A stretch of DNA of 20,000 bases from an uncultured virus (IMG/VR IMGVR_UViG_3300042866_001241). Lineage: Duplodnaviria > Heunggongvirae > Uroviricota > Caudoviricetes. Shown piece after piece: positions 1-7,996 of the stretch. The stretch's first letter is position 1; every line of letters begins with the position of its first letter. Below the pieces are notes generated by a model. The model was given only the letters and a program-made list of their open reading frames with translations. It did not search any database and had not been told where the DNA came from. The stretch lies in the IMG/VR virus record IMGVR_UViG_3300042866_001241; one strand, 5' to 3'. The position numbers were made by a program, and so were the translations under genes.

Positions 1-2
1 CG

Positions 3-176
3 AACATCGACCTCGACTTCACGGCTGCTCGGTGGGAGTATGACCCGGCCTTGACCGCCTTTGCCTCGCTGCCGATCTCGCTGGCACCTGCCGATGTGGT
101 GGTCATCGAGTTCAAGAAGAACGTACGCTCCGGCTTGTACGTCATCACCAACTACTTCGCACCTACCGCTTTGTAA
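3..176 (+). CDS. 3' end of an upstream late-region protein (5'-truncated by the window edge)
   Basis: Open frame from the window edge (NIDLDFTAARWEYDPAL...NYFAPTAL*) with C/G-ending codons like the neighbouring genes. TAA at 174-176 lies 3 nt before the next ATG at 180. Confidence 0.75.
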   Translation, partial: NIDLDFTAARWEYDPALTAFASLPISLAPADVVVIEFKKNVRSGLYVITNYFAPTAL

Positions 177-179
177 TCC

Positions 180-3100
180 ATGCTGACCACCCAGCAAGTA
201 GTAAACCGGAGGAGCACCTACGCATGCTGTGCGTTGGACTACCTCCATAAGTACACCGTGGCGAACACCTATGGCGATGCCAAGTGTGCCAAGGAAAGCT
301 GGGAAAAGGCGGTCTACATGAAGTGGGCTGCGGACATGATGTGCCAGACGCCGGTTCTCGATGGGGAGGACGGCTGCAACAGCATCGAGTTCGCCACCAA
401 GGTTGCGGACAAGGCGGACTGCTACTGCAAGCAGTGTGGCTGTGAGCCTATCAGCCCGACGCTGCCCCCGGTTCCGAACGATTGCACCATCACGCCGGAC
501 TACACCGTGCTTGATACGGTGGACGTGGATGAGCGCCTGGTCATTGAGGCCGATACCCCGACCGTAGGTGACAGCTACTATGTGGTGACGGACTCCGGAG
601 GGTCGGGATGGACGGTGAACACCATCGTGACGTGGAATGGAGGCGGATGGGATGAGGTGGCCGTTCTTCAGGGACAGGTCGTGTTCTCTTCGGGAACCAA
701 CCTGTACTGGACACCCGGAGCCAACGACGAGCCGGGTCCGCTGTTCCCGACCCTGACGGGATTCTTGGTGTCCTTCGACAACCAGTACGTCATTCAAAGC
801 GCAGCCCCTCAGATAGCCATTCAGAGCACCCGGACGGTGCTGGTGCGCGGGTACGTCAACGGGGTGTGGCAGATCATCTTCTCCGGCCCCGAGACAGCCC
901 TTGCCGTCCCCACGACCTACGACTTCAACACGCTCCCCATCACTGCTTTGCAGGTGGTGTACTTCGTGAGCAACGGATGCTCGTACACGGCCGGGGCTAC
1001 GGTGGTGCCTCCGTTCGGAGAGTGCGGAACCATCAACGCTGTGATCACCCCCGTGAGCGATTGTTCTCAGAGCGAGTTCTCCGTGAACGTTGACATCCAG
1101 GATGTGAGCGGCTACCCGCTTGGCAGCTTGATACACAGCATCAACGGTGTGTTGCAGCCTGCCGAGCCAGCCGTCCTCGGAACCACGGTCCTCGGTCCAT
1201 TCGACACCGGAGATGTGGTGACCATCCGCATCACCAACGCACAGGACAGCGAGTGCGACTTCGATGCCGGGTCATACACCGACCCGAGCTACCCCATTTC
1301 CGATCGGACGGTGACGGCTGCTGTGGACGTATCCTTCGAGGGAAGCCAAGTCCTTGGTGACAGCTACTTGGTGGTGAGCAACACGGGCAACATCACGAAT
1401 GCGTGGTCGCCGTACGTTGGTCAGTTCTTCAACGGAGCCATCTTCATCCCGCTGAACGACGGCGAGATCGTGGAGAGCGCAGCAGTTCCTGGCTTTGACC
1501 GGTACTGGCAGCGCGTGAACAACGTGACGGTACAGATGTACCCGCCCATCATCCTCCAGAACGTACAGTCGTTCCCGTACCCGTGGCAGGTCGTCTCAGC
1601 GAACCCGACCTCTGCCGCTACTCGCTTCCGGCCAACGGTCATTGAGGCGATGTTCGACGGCGACTGGCTCCCGATTTGGGTGGGACTGGAGGCTAATCTC
1701 GCTACGGGTCAGCAGGTGGACTTCACAAGCATCGGACTTGTGGAGCCTCAGGAAGTGCGTGTGACGTACTTCGGCACAGCCTGCCCCATCACCATCGAAA
1801 GCACCATCGTCAGCGACCCCGTAGAACTGGAGTTCGAGTGCGGAGGCCCTGAGCAAATCCTTGGCAGCGGTGACCTGTACGACATCTACTACGACTGGAA
1901 CGATGGGTTGTACCTGATTACCAGCGATGACGACGACCTGATCAACTCAGGCGACCCGGTATTTGCCGGCCTTGCCATCGGCGACATCATCGACGTGGAT
2001 GCTACGTACGTCAGCACCCCTCCTCCCGGAACGGTCCTATATCTGAGCAACGGGGGTGGTGCCTACTACATCGTTGGCACTCAGCCCGGAGAACTCATCC
2101 TGTCCCCGTATCAGGGAGTTGGACAGGTGTATATGTTCACCCAGCAACCTTCTTCGTTGCAGACGTGGACTTTCATTACCGATAGCCTTGGAGCAACCGT
2201 AACCATCTACTTCGTTCAGGGGACGATGGGGGCTGGAAATGTAATCCGCTTGTATGACGGAACGAATGATGGCGACCCATCAATCATTTCCGGGAACTTC
2301 CCCAACCTGTCTGGCGCGTCGTATTCGTCTACTGGACAGAATATGTACATGGAGGCAGAAAGTGATGCTGACCCAACGGACGCTCAGACCCCGTGGATAT
2401 TCATTGTCAACTGCACTTCTGGATCAACACAGCCGGGGGCATCAGCAAGTCCTGCCGACAACTGCACGGACTACAACTTCTCTATTGACATCGACATCAT
2501 CGACGTGGGCGATAGCGCCGGAGGCGTGGTGAACATCCAGTACGTTGTGGATGGAGTAGTGACAACCGTTGCCGGAGTAGGCACCGGCATCACCACCATT
2601 GGTCCGTTCGACTACGATGACACCGTTCAGGTGTACGTCCGCAACCTGACTGACCCATCCGCCGACCTGTGGCTTGGCTCGTTCCAAAGCAGTGGCACTT
2701 GCCCTGCCCCTCCGGACCCGTGCCTGCCTGAAAGCACTTTCAAGATCGACATCATGGGCGATCTGTCGGAACTTCCCGACCCGCCGCCCAATCCTCTGAT
2801 CAGCCAGTTCTTCTATGTGCTGTCTGACAACACCAACATAGGAACCTTTGAGGTGGCTTCCATCCTCGCATGGGATCTTATGTCTCAGTCGTGGGAGCTA
2901 TTGTTCGTTGCGCCGGACGGGTCATTCATCTATGGACCTCAGACCATTGTTGCAGGAACGCTTGAAGAGGTGACCATCTTCGGAAACGGACCTGGTGGGC
3001 CGTACCTCGCATTCGCGCCTATCCTGGTAGGCATCAACCCCGACGTAACCGGCATCACCGACAACTTCCGCATCAAGATAGATGTCGTTGAGAACGGACA

Positions 3101-3311
3101 GGTGACCACCGACCGGCCGGTGAAGTTGCAGGTGTTCAGCGAGGGGGTATGGGTGGATGTGTGGTTCGGAACAGAACAAATGCTCAATCAGTGGACGCCC
3201 ATCGGAGTGACCATCCCGTTCACGCTCACCCGCAGCGTGTACAACTACAACACCTGCGCGGTGGAGGCAGCGTACATCATCGACATCCAACAAGGACTTC
3301 AGACGCCATGA
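180..3311 (+). CDS. Large (1043 aa) repeat-built structural/virion-surface protein (fibre or adhesin-like) with Cys-rich N-terminus, internal beta-rich repeats and a CUB-like domain
   Basis: Long ORF, acidic and T/V/G/P-rich. It has 10 Cys in the first 102 aa, three diverged ~170-aa repeats, two DC..FS(V/I).(V/I)DI.DV...GPFD repeats and a CUB-like segment at aa ~661-745. It sits immediately upstream of the lysis genes. Function is inferred. Confidence 0.7.
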   Translation: MLTTQQVVNRRSTYACCALDYLHKYTVANTYGDAKCAKESWEKAVYMKWAADMMCQTPVLDGEDGCNSIEFATKVADKADCYCKQCGCEPISPTLPPVPNDCTITPDYTVLDTVDVDERLVIEADTPTVGDSYYVVTDSGGSGWTVNTIVTWNGGGWDEVAVLQGQVVFSSGTNLYWTPGANDEPGPLFPTLTGFLVSFDNQYVIQSAAPQIAIQSTRTVLVRGYVNGVWQIIFSGPETALAVPTTYDFNTLPITALQVVYFVSNGCSYTAGATVVPPFGECGTINAVITPVSDCSQSEFSVNVDIQDVSGYPLGSLIHSINGVLQPAEPAVLGTTVLGPFDTGDVVTIRITNAQDSECDFDAGSYTDPSYPISDRTVTAAVDVSFEGSQVLGDSYLVVSNTGNITNAWSPYVGQFFNGAIFIPLNDGEIVESAAVPGFDRYWQRVNNVTVQMYPPIILQNVQSFPYPWQVVSANPTSAATRFRPTVIEAMFDGDWLPIWVGLEANLATGQQVDFTSIGLVEPQEVRVTYFGTACPITIESTIVSDPVELEFECGGPEQILGSGDLYDIYYDWNDGLYLITSDDDDLINSGDPVFAGLAIGDIIDVDATYVSTPPPGTVLYLSNGGGAYYIVGTQPGELILSPYQGVGQVYMFTQQPSSLQTWTFITDSLGATVTIYFVQGTMGAGNVIRLYDGTNDGDPSIISGNFPNLSGASYSSTGQNMYMEAESDADPTDAQTPWIFIVNCTSGSTQPGASASPADNCTDYNFSIDIDIIDVGDSAGGVVNIQYVVDGVVTTVAGVGTGITTIGPFDYDDTVQVYVRNLTDPSADLWLGSFQSSGTCPAPPDPCLPESTFKIDIMGDLSELPDPPPNPLISQFFYVLSDNTNIGTFEVASILAWDLMSQSWELLFVAPDGSFIYGPQTIVAGTLEEVTIFGNGPGGPYLAFAPILVGINPDVTGITDNFRIKIDVVENGQVTTDRPVKLQVFSEGVWVDVWFGTEQMLNQWTPIGVTIPFTLTRSVYNYNTCAVEAAYIIDIQQGLQTP

Positions 3312-3544
3312 CAACACCGAGCGATCAGGCCAAAGATGCCGCCCTCCTCGCCTCCGGCATTATCAATGCAGCCCTTCCTACGTGGGTGTCGCTACTTCCT
3401 GATGCTACGGAGGCGCTTGAGGCTGCGCTGAGGATCATGGTTGCCATGGCGACTCTGGTGTTCCTTGTGAGCAGGATCATCTACTACCGCAAGAAGACCA
3501 AGTTGCTGACCCGTAAGAACGCAAAAGAGGACAACGATGAGTGA
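3308..3544 (+). CDS. Putative holin (78 aa membrane protein, MTTPSDQAK...)
   Basis: ATG at 3308 overlaps the upstream stop (ATGA). It has 1-2 hydrophobic segments (ALLASGIINAALPTWVSLL; ALRIMVAMATLVFLVSRIIYY), then a basic tail RKKTKLLTRK. It lies upstream of the endolysin. Confidence 0.6.
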   Translation: MTTPSDQAKDAALLASGIINAALPTWVSLLPDATEALEAALRIMVAMATLVFLVSRIIYYRKKTKLLTRKNAKEDNDE

Positions 3545-3638
3545 GCTATTCGCACTGCTGCTGGGATACGCAGCCGGGTACTTGTGGGCTACCAAGAGGG
3601 GAACCCTCACTGACATCATCAACCGCTTCATCAAATGA
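3537..3638 (+). CDS. Small single-TM protein (33 aa, MSELFALLLGYAAGYLWATKRGTLTDIINRFIK), lysis-cassette associated
   Basis: Not in the ORF track; translated by hand. It overlaps the previous gene by 8 nt and the next by ATGA, filling the gap exactly. The N-half is hydrophobic. Confidence 0.55.
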   Translation: MSELFALLLGYAAGYLWATKRGTLTDIINRFIK

Positions 3639-3805
3639 CAGAGCTGATCACCATATACAGCGATGCTGAGTTCTGGCACTTCAACAAGCAGAACATCGCC
3701 CTTGCCATCGTGGTCGCTTCGGCCACTGGCATGGTGTTCGGCCTGACCCATGAGCTTGGAAAGACCCTGTGGTTCTTCATCAAGAAGCTGTTCGCCAACA
3801 AGTAA
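3635..3805 (+). CDS. Small membrane protein (56 aa, MTELITIYSDAEFWHFNKQNIALAIVVASATGMVFGLTHELGKTLWFFIKKLFANK), possible holin/antiholin
   Basis: Translated by hand. ATGA coupling upstream and TAATG coupling to the endolysin. One TM segment plus an amphipathic basic C-terminus. Confidence 0.6.
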   Translation: MTELITIYSDAEFWHFNKQNIALAIVVASATGMVFGLTHELGKTLWFFIKKLFANK

Positions 3806-4374
3806 TGAACGTCAAGAGGGTAGCCGGAAGGTGGGTCACGAAGTTGGCCTTGCGCGGGGCGGTCACCATGACCGCTGCCGGCTCTGCCGTGGGTTACTCC
3901 TCGAACATCATCGACCTGCGCGACCAGCTTCCCCGCCGCCCGGACGTAGAGTACCGGCACCGGGTAGAGAACGAGGTGGACGGTATCGTATGGCACCACT
4001 CAGCCACACGCGCTCAGACCATCCGCTCCATTGCGGACTACCATACACGGGTGAAGGGCTGGCCGGAGATAGGCTACCACTACGCAGTGGGACATGACGG
4101 TAGGATCTACCAGTTGCTCGACGTGAAGAAGTGGAGCAACCATGCACAGGGCTACAACCGTAGGACCATCGGAGTAGTGCTGATCGGCAACTATCACGAG
4201 AGGGAGATGCCGGAAGCCATGAAATCCTCTGTGCTGTACCTGCAAGAGTATCTCTGCGATACCTACAACATCGACTACGTGTGGCTGCACCGGGACACTA
4301 AGCCGACCGCTTGCCCTGGCAACTACGCATCTGAGTTCCTGAAGAACATCCAATTCGGACCACGACCCCAATAA
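3805..4374 (+). CDS. Endolysin, N-acetylmuramoyl-L-alanine amidase (Amidase_2 / T7-lysozyme/PGRP type), 189 aa
   Basis: Motifs IVWHHSA, IGYHY, NHAQGYN, IGVVLIGNY and HRD..PTACPG (His/His/Cys Zn ligands plus catalytic Tyr). Start chosen at the TAATG overlap (3805). Confidence 0.92.
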   Translation: MNVKRVAGRWVTKLALRGAVTMTAAGSAVGYSSNIIDLRDQLPRRPDVEYRHRVENEVDGIVWHHSATRAQTIRSIADYHTRVKGWPEIGYHYAVGHDGRIYQLLDVKKWSNHAQGYNRRTIGVVLIGNYHEREMPEAMKSSVLYLQEYLCDTYNIDYVWLHRDTKPTACPGNYASEFLKNIQFGPRPQ

Positions 4375-4384
4375 CCAACCTGCC

Positions 4385-6772
4385 ATGCCACGAGCTACCA
4401 TCGACCTACAAGCAGCCTACGGCCTCGACTACACCAAAGGCGTACGCACCATCGGACAGGACATGAACCTTGCCGCAGCGCAAGCCCTGTTCCCGACCTT
4501 CTACACGCGGATGACCACCCGTGGTCCCATGTTCCGCAACCAGCCCTTGACCAGTTCCCAATTCCTGCAACTCAGTTGGTTCGATGCCTGCTGGGGTGAG
4601 GCGGTGTGGTCCGGCTTGGGCGGTGGACAGAACATCACCAACGGGTTCCTGAACAGCCAGAACGGGGTGATCGTACCAAAGGGGTACTACTACCAGACCA
4701 TCCCGGCTGAGTTCTCTGCCGGCCGGTACAAGGCCAATGGAACCGGGTTCGTCAGCCCTATTGTAGGCAGCGGCAACGACTCCAACAACACCCGCTTCGC
4801 CCCGTGGCATGAGCAGTGGCTGGGCAGTCCGACCGAGCGACACCTGTTCGTATCCGGTAGCTGGGGCCTTTCGGGCAACCAAGGATATGTAGAGGGTACT
4901 TGGTTCGAGGGAGGCTGGCGCTTCGACGGTCGTCAGGACGCATCGACCGCTATCATCAACGATGCCTTCTTCTCCACGGCCATCCGTCAGTGGAAGCCCG
5001 GTGAGGTGACCGGCATTGACGCTGCATGGGCCGAGAACATGCGGACTCGTGGCTATGAGTACTTCGGAGCCACTCCATCCTATATGGGCAACATCAGCGC
5101 CTTCCAGTGCGTACAGGCTGGCATTGGACTGGCAGGAAGCTGGGGCGCTACCATGAACATCGACATTCTGAGCAGCGACGCCTGCGGAGCGATGTTCGAT
5201 ATGTACCCACTCGCTGGTTCTGAGCAGGGCGGTACCATCAACATCGGGGCGATCAAGAACGAGACGATGGTAGCCTCTGCCGGCCGGTCCTTCCGTGGTC
5301 AGGTGGTGGGTGTGCTGCGTGGTCAGTTCGCCGTGAACATCGGAGTGGTATCCGGAGCGGTGGGTGGCGGGTTGCTGCCAGCCCTGTTCATTGCTGACAG
5401 CCGCCTGAGCAACGGCAACGTACAGCGCGGGCACCTGCGCATCGGAAGCATGAAGGGCTTCAACTTCACGCACATCCTCCACGACATCCGCCTGGGTCGT
5501 GCCTTCCCGAAGATCGGGGACTACCAATCGCACAGCTTCGAGTTCGACAGCGCCGGAACCACCGGCAGCAACAGTTCCGCTTGGTGGACGGGTAGCCAGC
5601 CTATCACCCCGGTAACCGGCTTGGCTCAGTACCGCGTGAACCACCAGGTAGGCTCGTTGACCCCCATCAACATGGCGGCATCGGCGAACCCGCAGATCTA
5701 CCGGGAGATCATCGTTGCTCCCCCGGCGTTCACCAACATCGTGTACCTCGACGGCTCTACGCCCCCGCCTCCCGCCCCTCCTGTTCCGACCTTCATCTCG
5801 GTGTCCCTCGCTGAGACGACCATCACCGGACCAGGAACGGTACAGGCTACGGCCGTGGTGACCGACCAGTACGGCAACGTGGTGACCAACGCCGGAACCT
5901 GGAGCATCGTGAGCGGACCCGGAACCATCAACGGCTCCGGCTTGGTGACGGCGAACGGAACGGCAGGCAACATCGTGGTGCGCTACTCTCAGGGCAGCGT
6001 AGTAGGCGATGCCACCCTGACCGTCACCACCCAGCAGGTCAGCGTACCCACCACCGTCACAGTCAGCCTGAGCAACGGCACTATCACCGTTCCTGCTACG
6101 GCACAGGCAACGGCCGTGGTGCGTGACCAGTTCAACAACATCATGCCCCTGACGGGTACGTGGAGCATCGTGAGCGGACCCGCCGCCGTCTCTCAGTCCG
6201 GCCTCGTAACCCCGACCGGCACAGCAGGTACCGCCGTGGTGCGCTACACCCAAGGCACGGTGAACGGAACGGCCTCGCTGACCATCCAAGCCGCCGTGGT
6301 GCCGCCTCAGCCTCAGACCCCGCTGTACTCGGTGACCTTCGCCGGCCAGAACATCCTTGCCCTTCCGGGGTGCCAAGCCATCCCTGCCAACCGTCCGTGG
6401 CAGGCCGGGTCTATCAGCGGGGCTACGTACAGCACGTACTTCCAGCCGTCACAGACCGCCATCAACACCAAGCACACCTTCACCACTCCGATCGCCGGGG
6501 TGAAGCGGGTGGTGCTGAAGCAGGCGGTGATCAAGGAAGCGATCGCATCGCGGTTCCTGAACAGCGACATCCGCACCAACGGGAACCGTCAGTTCTTCCT
6601 GGCATCCAGCAGTTCGACCATCCTTGGGTCGTTCGTACCGAATGCTCCGAAGGCGGACATCACCATCATCTTCCCCACGGTACAGACCATCGAGACGCTC
6701 TTTGGAGCCTCCGGCAGCACGAACAACACGTTGTGGCTGGAGTGCGAAGGACTGGAGTTGTGGGCGAACTAA
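4385..6772 (+). CDS. Tail spike/fibre-like protein (795 aa): putative beta-helix/glycan-binding N-terminal region, Pro linker, two Ig-like (Big_2-type) repeats, C-terminal beta domain
   Basis: IVPKGYYY resembles the start of pectin-lyase-fold domains. The body is G/N/S/A-rich with a linker TPPPPAPPVP, then two 87-aa repeats (QATAVV.DQ.....GTWSIVSGP.....GLVT..GTAG..VVRY.QG.V.G.A.LT). Confidence 0.65.
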   Translation: MPRATIDLQAAYGLDYTKGVRTIGQDMNLAAAQALFPTFYTRMTTRGPMFRNQPLTSSQFLQLSWFDACWGEAVWSGLGGGQNITNGFLNSQNGVIVPKGYYYQTIPAEFSAGRYKANGTGFVSPIVGSGNDSNNTRFAPWHEQWLGSPTERHLFVSGSWGLSGNQGYVEGTWFEGGWRFDGRQDASTAIINDAFFSTAIRQWKPGEVTGIDAAWAENMRTRGYEYFGATPSYMGNISAFQCVQAGIGLAGSWGATMNIDILSSDACGAMFDMYPLAGSEQGGTINIGAIKNETMVASAGRSFRGQVVGVLRGQFAVNIGVVSGAVGGGLLPALFIADSRLSNGNVQRGHLRIGSMKGFNFTHILHDIRLGRAFPKIGDYQSHSFEFDSAGTTGSNSSAWWTGSQPITPVTGLAQYRVNHQVGSLTPINMAASANPQIYREIIVAPPAFTNIVYLDGSTPPPPAPPVPTFISVSLAETTITGPGTVQATAVVTDQYGNVVTNAGTWSIVSGPGTINGSGLVTANGTAGNIVVRYSQGSVVGDATLTVTTQQVSVPTTVTVSLSNGTITVPATAQATAVVRDQFNNIMPLTGTWSIVSGPAAVSQSGLVTPTGTAGTAVVRYTQGTVNGTASLTIQAAVVPPQPQTPLYSVTFAGQNILALPGCQAIPANRPWQAGSISGATYSTYFQPSQTAINTKHTFTTPIAGVKRVVLKQAVIKEAIASRFLNSDIRTNGNRQFFLASSSSTILGSFVPNAPKADITIIFPTVQTIETLFGASGSTNNTLWLECEGLELWAN
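5785..6296 (+). repeat. Tandem intragenic duplication encoding two Ig-like domains (261-nt period)
   Basis: Exact 22-mer TGGAGCATCGTGAGCGGACCCG at 5900-5921 and 6161-6182. The flanking protein sequences align across ~87 aa. Confidence 0.85.
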
Positions 6773-6810
6773 GCGTGGTCCCTCCGGCTGGTAGGTCCGG
6801 GAGGTGAGGG

Positions 6811-6845
6811 GCGGGCCTCGGAGAAATCCGGGGCCTTGCTCTTTG
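6811..6845 (+). terminator. Rho-independent terminator for the + strand late genes
   Basis: Stem GGCCTCGGA (6814-6822), GAAA loop, TCCGGGGCC (6827-6835, one G-U pair), followed by TTGCTCTTT. Confidence 0.75.
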
Positions 6846-6848
6846 GTA

Positions 6849-6885
6849 GAAACAACAAGCCCCCGGAATTATCCGAGGGCCTGCT
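6849..6885 (-). terminator. Rho-independent terminator for the - strand operon
   Basis: On the - strand: GCCCTCGGA-TAAT-TCCGGGGGC (6880 to 6859) followed by TTGTTGTTTC. It lies 25 nt after the stop of 6906..7172. Confidence 0.8.
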
Positions 6886-6905
6886 GCCTTGTCGGGTAGT
6901 GGGGC

Positions 6906-7172
6906 CTACTTCTTCTTGATGCCTGCCTTGGCGTACTTGCGTGCCTTCTTCGGAGCCTTGTTCGACAGCGGCATGATGTCAACTCCGAGGGCTGCGTTCA
7001 GCTTGGCGATGAGTTCGAGGTCCACCTTGGCGGATCCGAGTTCAAAGAGCCGGTTGGCGATGCGCTGAGCCATGTGGCCGAGGATTTTGTTTGCCTCGTG
7101 CTCGTGGTGCCACTCGGACAGCACGCTCACCTTGCGCTCAAGCTCCTGTACCCGCTTCTCAAGGTCGGTCAT
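6906..7172 (-). CDS. Hypothetical protein (88 aa): N-terminal coiled coil, Lys-rich C-terminal tail
   Basis: ORF track. Typical codon bias, heptads MTDLEKRVQELERKV, tail KAPKKARKYAKAGIKKK. Confidence 0.75.
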   Translation of the reverse strand: MTDLEKRVQELERKVSVLSEWHHEHEANKILGHMAQRIANRLFELGSAKVDLELIAKLNAALGVDIMPLSNKAPKKARKYAKAGIKKK

Positions 7173-7175
7173 GGC

Positions 7176-7448
7176 CTACTTCTTCTTGGGAGCCGCCTTT
7201 TTGGGCTTCATGCTCGGGTGCTCGACGGTCAGGAACTTTCCAGCCTCGCCCATCACCCACGCATCGCCAAGTGCATTGTACAACGCAAGCAGGCCCTTCG
7301 TGGCGTTCGCACGGTTGTTGTATCCTCCGAGGTCTGCCAAGATGCGGCCGTTCTCTGCGATGCGGGCACAGATGCCTTTGCTGTTTCGGTAGAGGGTAAT
7401 GCCGTCAGGGATGACGGGCTTCTTCTTGGCTGCTTTCTTCGTGGTCAT
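7176..7448 (-). CDS. YegP/DUF1508-like small protein (90 aa) with histone-like basic tails
   Basis: Core ARIAENGRILADLGGYNNRANATKGL matches the DUF1508 pattern (A.NG.I(I/L)A.S.GY.....A..G). KKAAKKKP and KPKKAAPKKK termini. Confidence 0.65.
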   Translation of the reverse strand: MTTKKAAKKKPVIPDGITLYRNSKGICARIAENGRILADLGGYNNRANATKGLLALYNALGDAWVMGEAGKFLTVEHPSMKPKKAAPKKK

Positions 7449-7473
7449 GGTAGGTTGGTAGGTGAGAGTGAGT

Positions 7474-7483
7474 TGCGAATGTA
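7474..7483 (-). promoter_or_regulatory. Candidate Bacteroidota primary-sigma -7 promoter element (TACATTCGCA)
   Basis: One mismatch to TAnnTTTG, in the only sizeable gap (7449-7493) of this part of the operon, 27 nt upstream of the ATG at 7448. No clear -33 TTTG. Confidence 0.45.
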
Positions 7484-7493
7484 GTGGATTTCG

Positions 7494-7712
7494 TCAGTAC
7501 GGCCATCTCTTAGGGATGGCCTTTAGAATGGATCTGTGAAGTTCAAGAGGTCCATCAACTCCCTTCACCTTTACCCTGTAACAGCCTATCTCATCTGGTC
7601 CATCCTCTATGGTGACGACCTCCTTGTTCAGGTGCTCTTGCTCTACGCTGCCGTAGTGAACTCCGCGTTCGCTGACGAGCGAAACTATCAGAACCTTGTC
7701 TCCTTTTTTCAT
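7494..7712 (-). CDS. Hypothetical protein (72 aa), SH3/KOW-like small beta-barrel candidate
   Basis: ORF track. MKKGDKVLIV start and a 'VVTI...Y.VK' pattern. ATGA-coupled to the upstream gene. Confidence 0.7.
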   Translation of the reverse strand: MKKGDKVLIVSLVSERGVHYGSVEQEHLNKEVVTIEDGPDEIGCYRVKVKGVDGPLELHRSILKAIPKRWPY

Positions 7713-7996
7713 TTCACGAGGCTGAAGTGGCTGCTGTCGAGGAACCTATCCCCCCCTTCCTTGTCCTTCACCTGCACCTTCCACTCGGACACATAGCCCT
7801 TGTCCGGAGTACAGGAGATTACCGGCTGTTCGTTGGGGATGTAGAAGAACAGGGCAAGGAAGTGGCAGTTCACCTTGTCGCCTGGCTGGAACGGCTGGGC
7901 GGTCTTGGGCTTCCACTCTGCTGGAGCCTCCTGTTCTTCCTCACGCTGTACCGGCTGCTGCTTGTAGTGGTTGGTGATGGGCTTGCTCTTGCTCAT
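7709..7996 (-). CDS. Hypothetical protein (95 aa), SH3-like C-terminal part (FQPGDKV...)
   Basis: ORF track. Coupled by ATGA overlaps on both sides. Confidence 0.72.
   Translation of the reverse strand: MSKSKPITNHYKQQPVQREEEQEAPAEWKPKTAQPFQPGDKVNCHFLALFFYIPNEQPVISCTPDKGYVSEWKVQVKDKEGGDRFLDSSHFSLVK

Noticed and set aside
174..182. In-frame TAA-TCC-ATG between the first partial gene and the 1043-aa gene (possible readthrough or stop recoding)
   Set aside because: TAA, TAG and TGA all end genes normally in this window, and 3-nt spacers occur elsewhere (7173-7175, 12203-12205). There is no sign of an alternative code.
4406..6376. 656-aa antisense ORF opposite the spike-like gene
   Set aside because: Shadow ORF expected from strong C/G third-position bias. 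The sequence is H/R/G-rich and non-globular, with no motifs or expression signals.
5785..6772. Ig-domain DNA repeats as a possible DGR template/variable repeat pair
   Set aside because: Both copies are in-frame coding, the differences are not adenine-specific, and no reverse transcriptase is in the window.
6160..6807. 215-aa same-strand alternative-frame ORF at the end of the spike gene (possible frameshift product)
   Set aside because: R/H/P-rich composition typical of off-frame GC-rich DNA, and no slippery site recognised.
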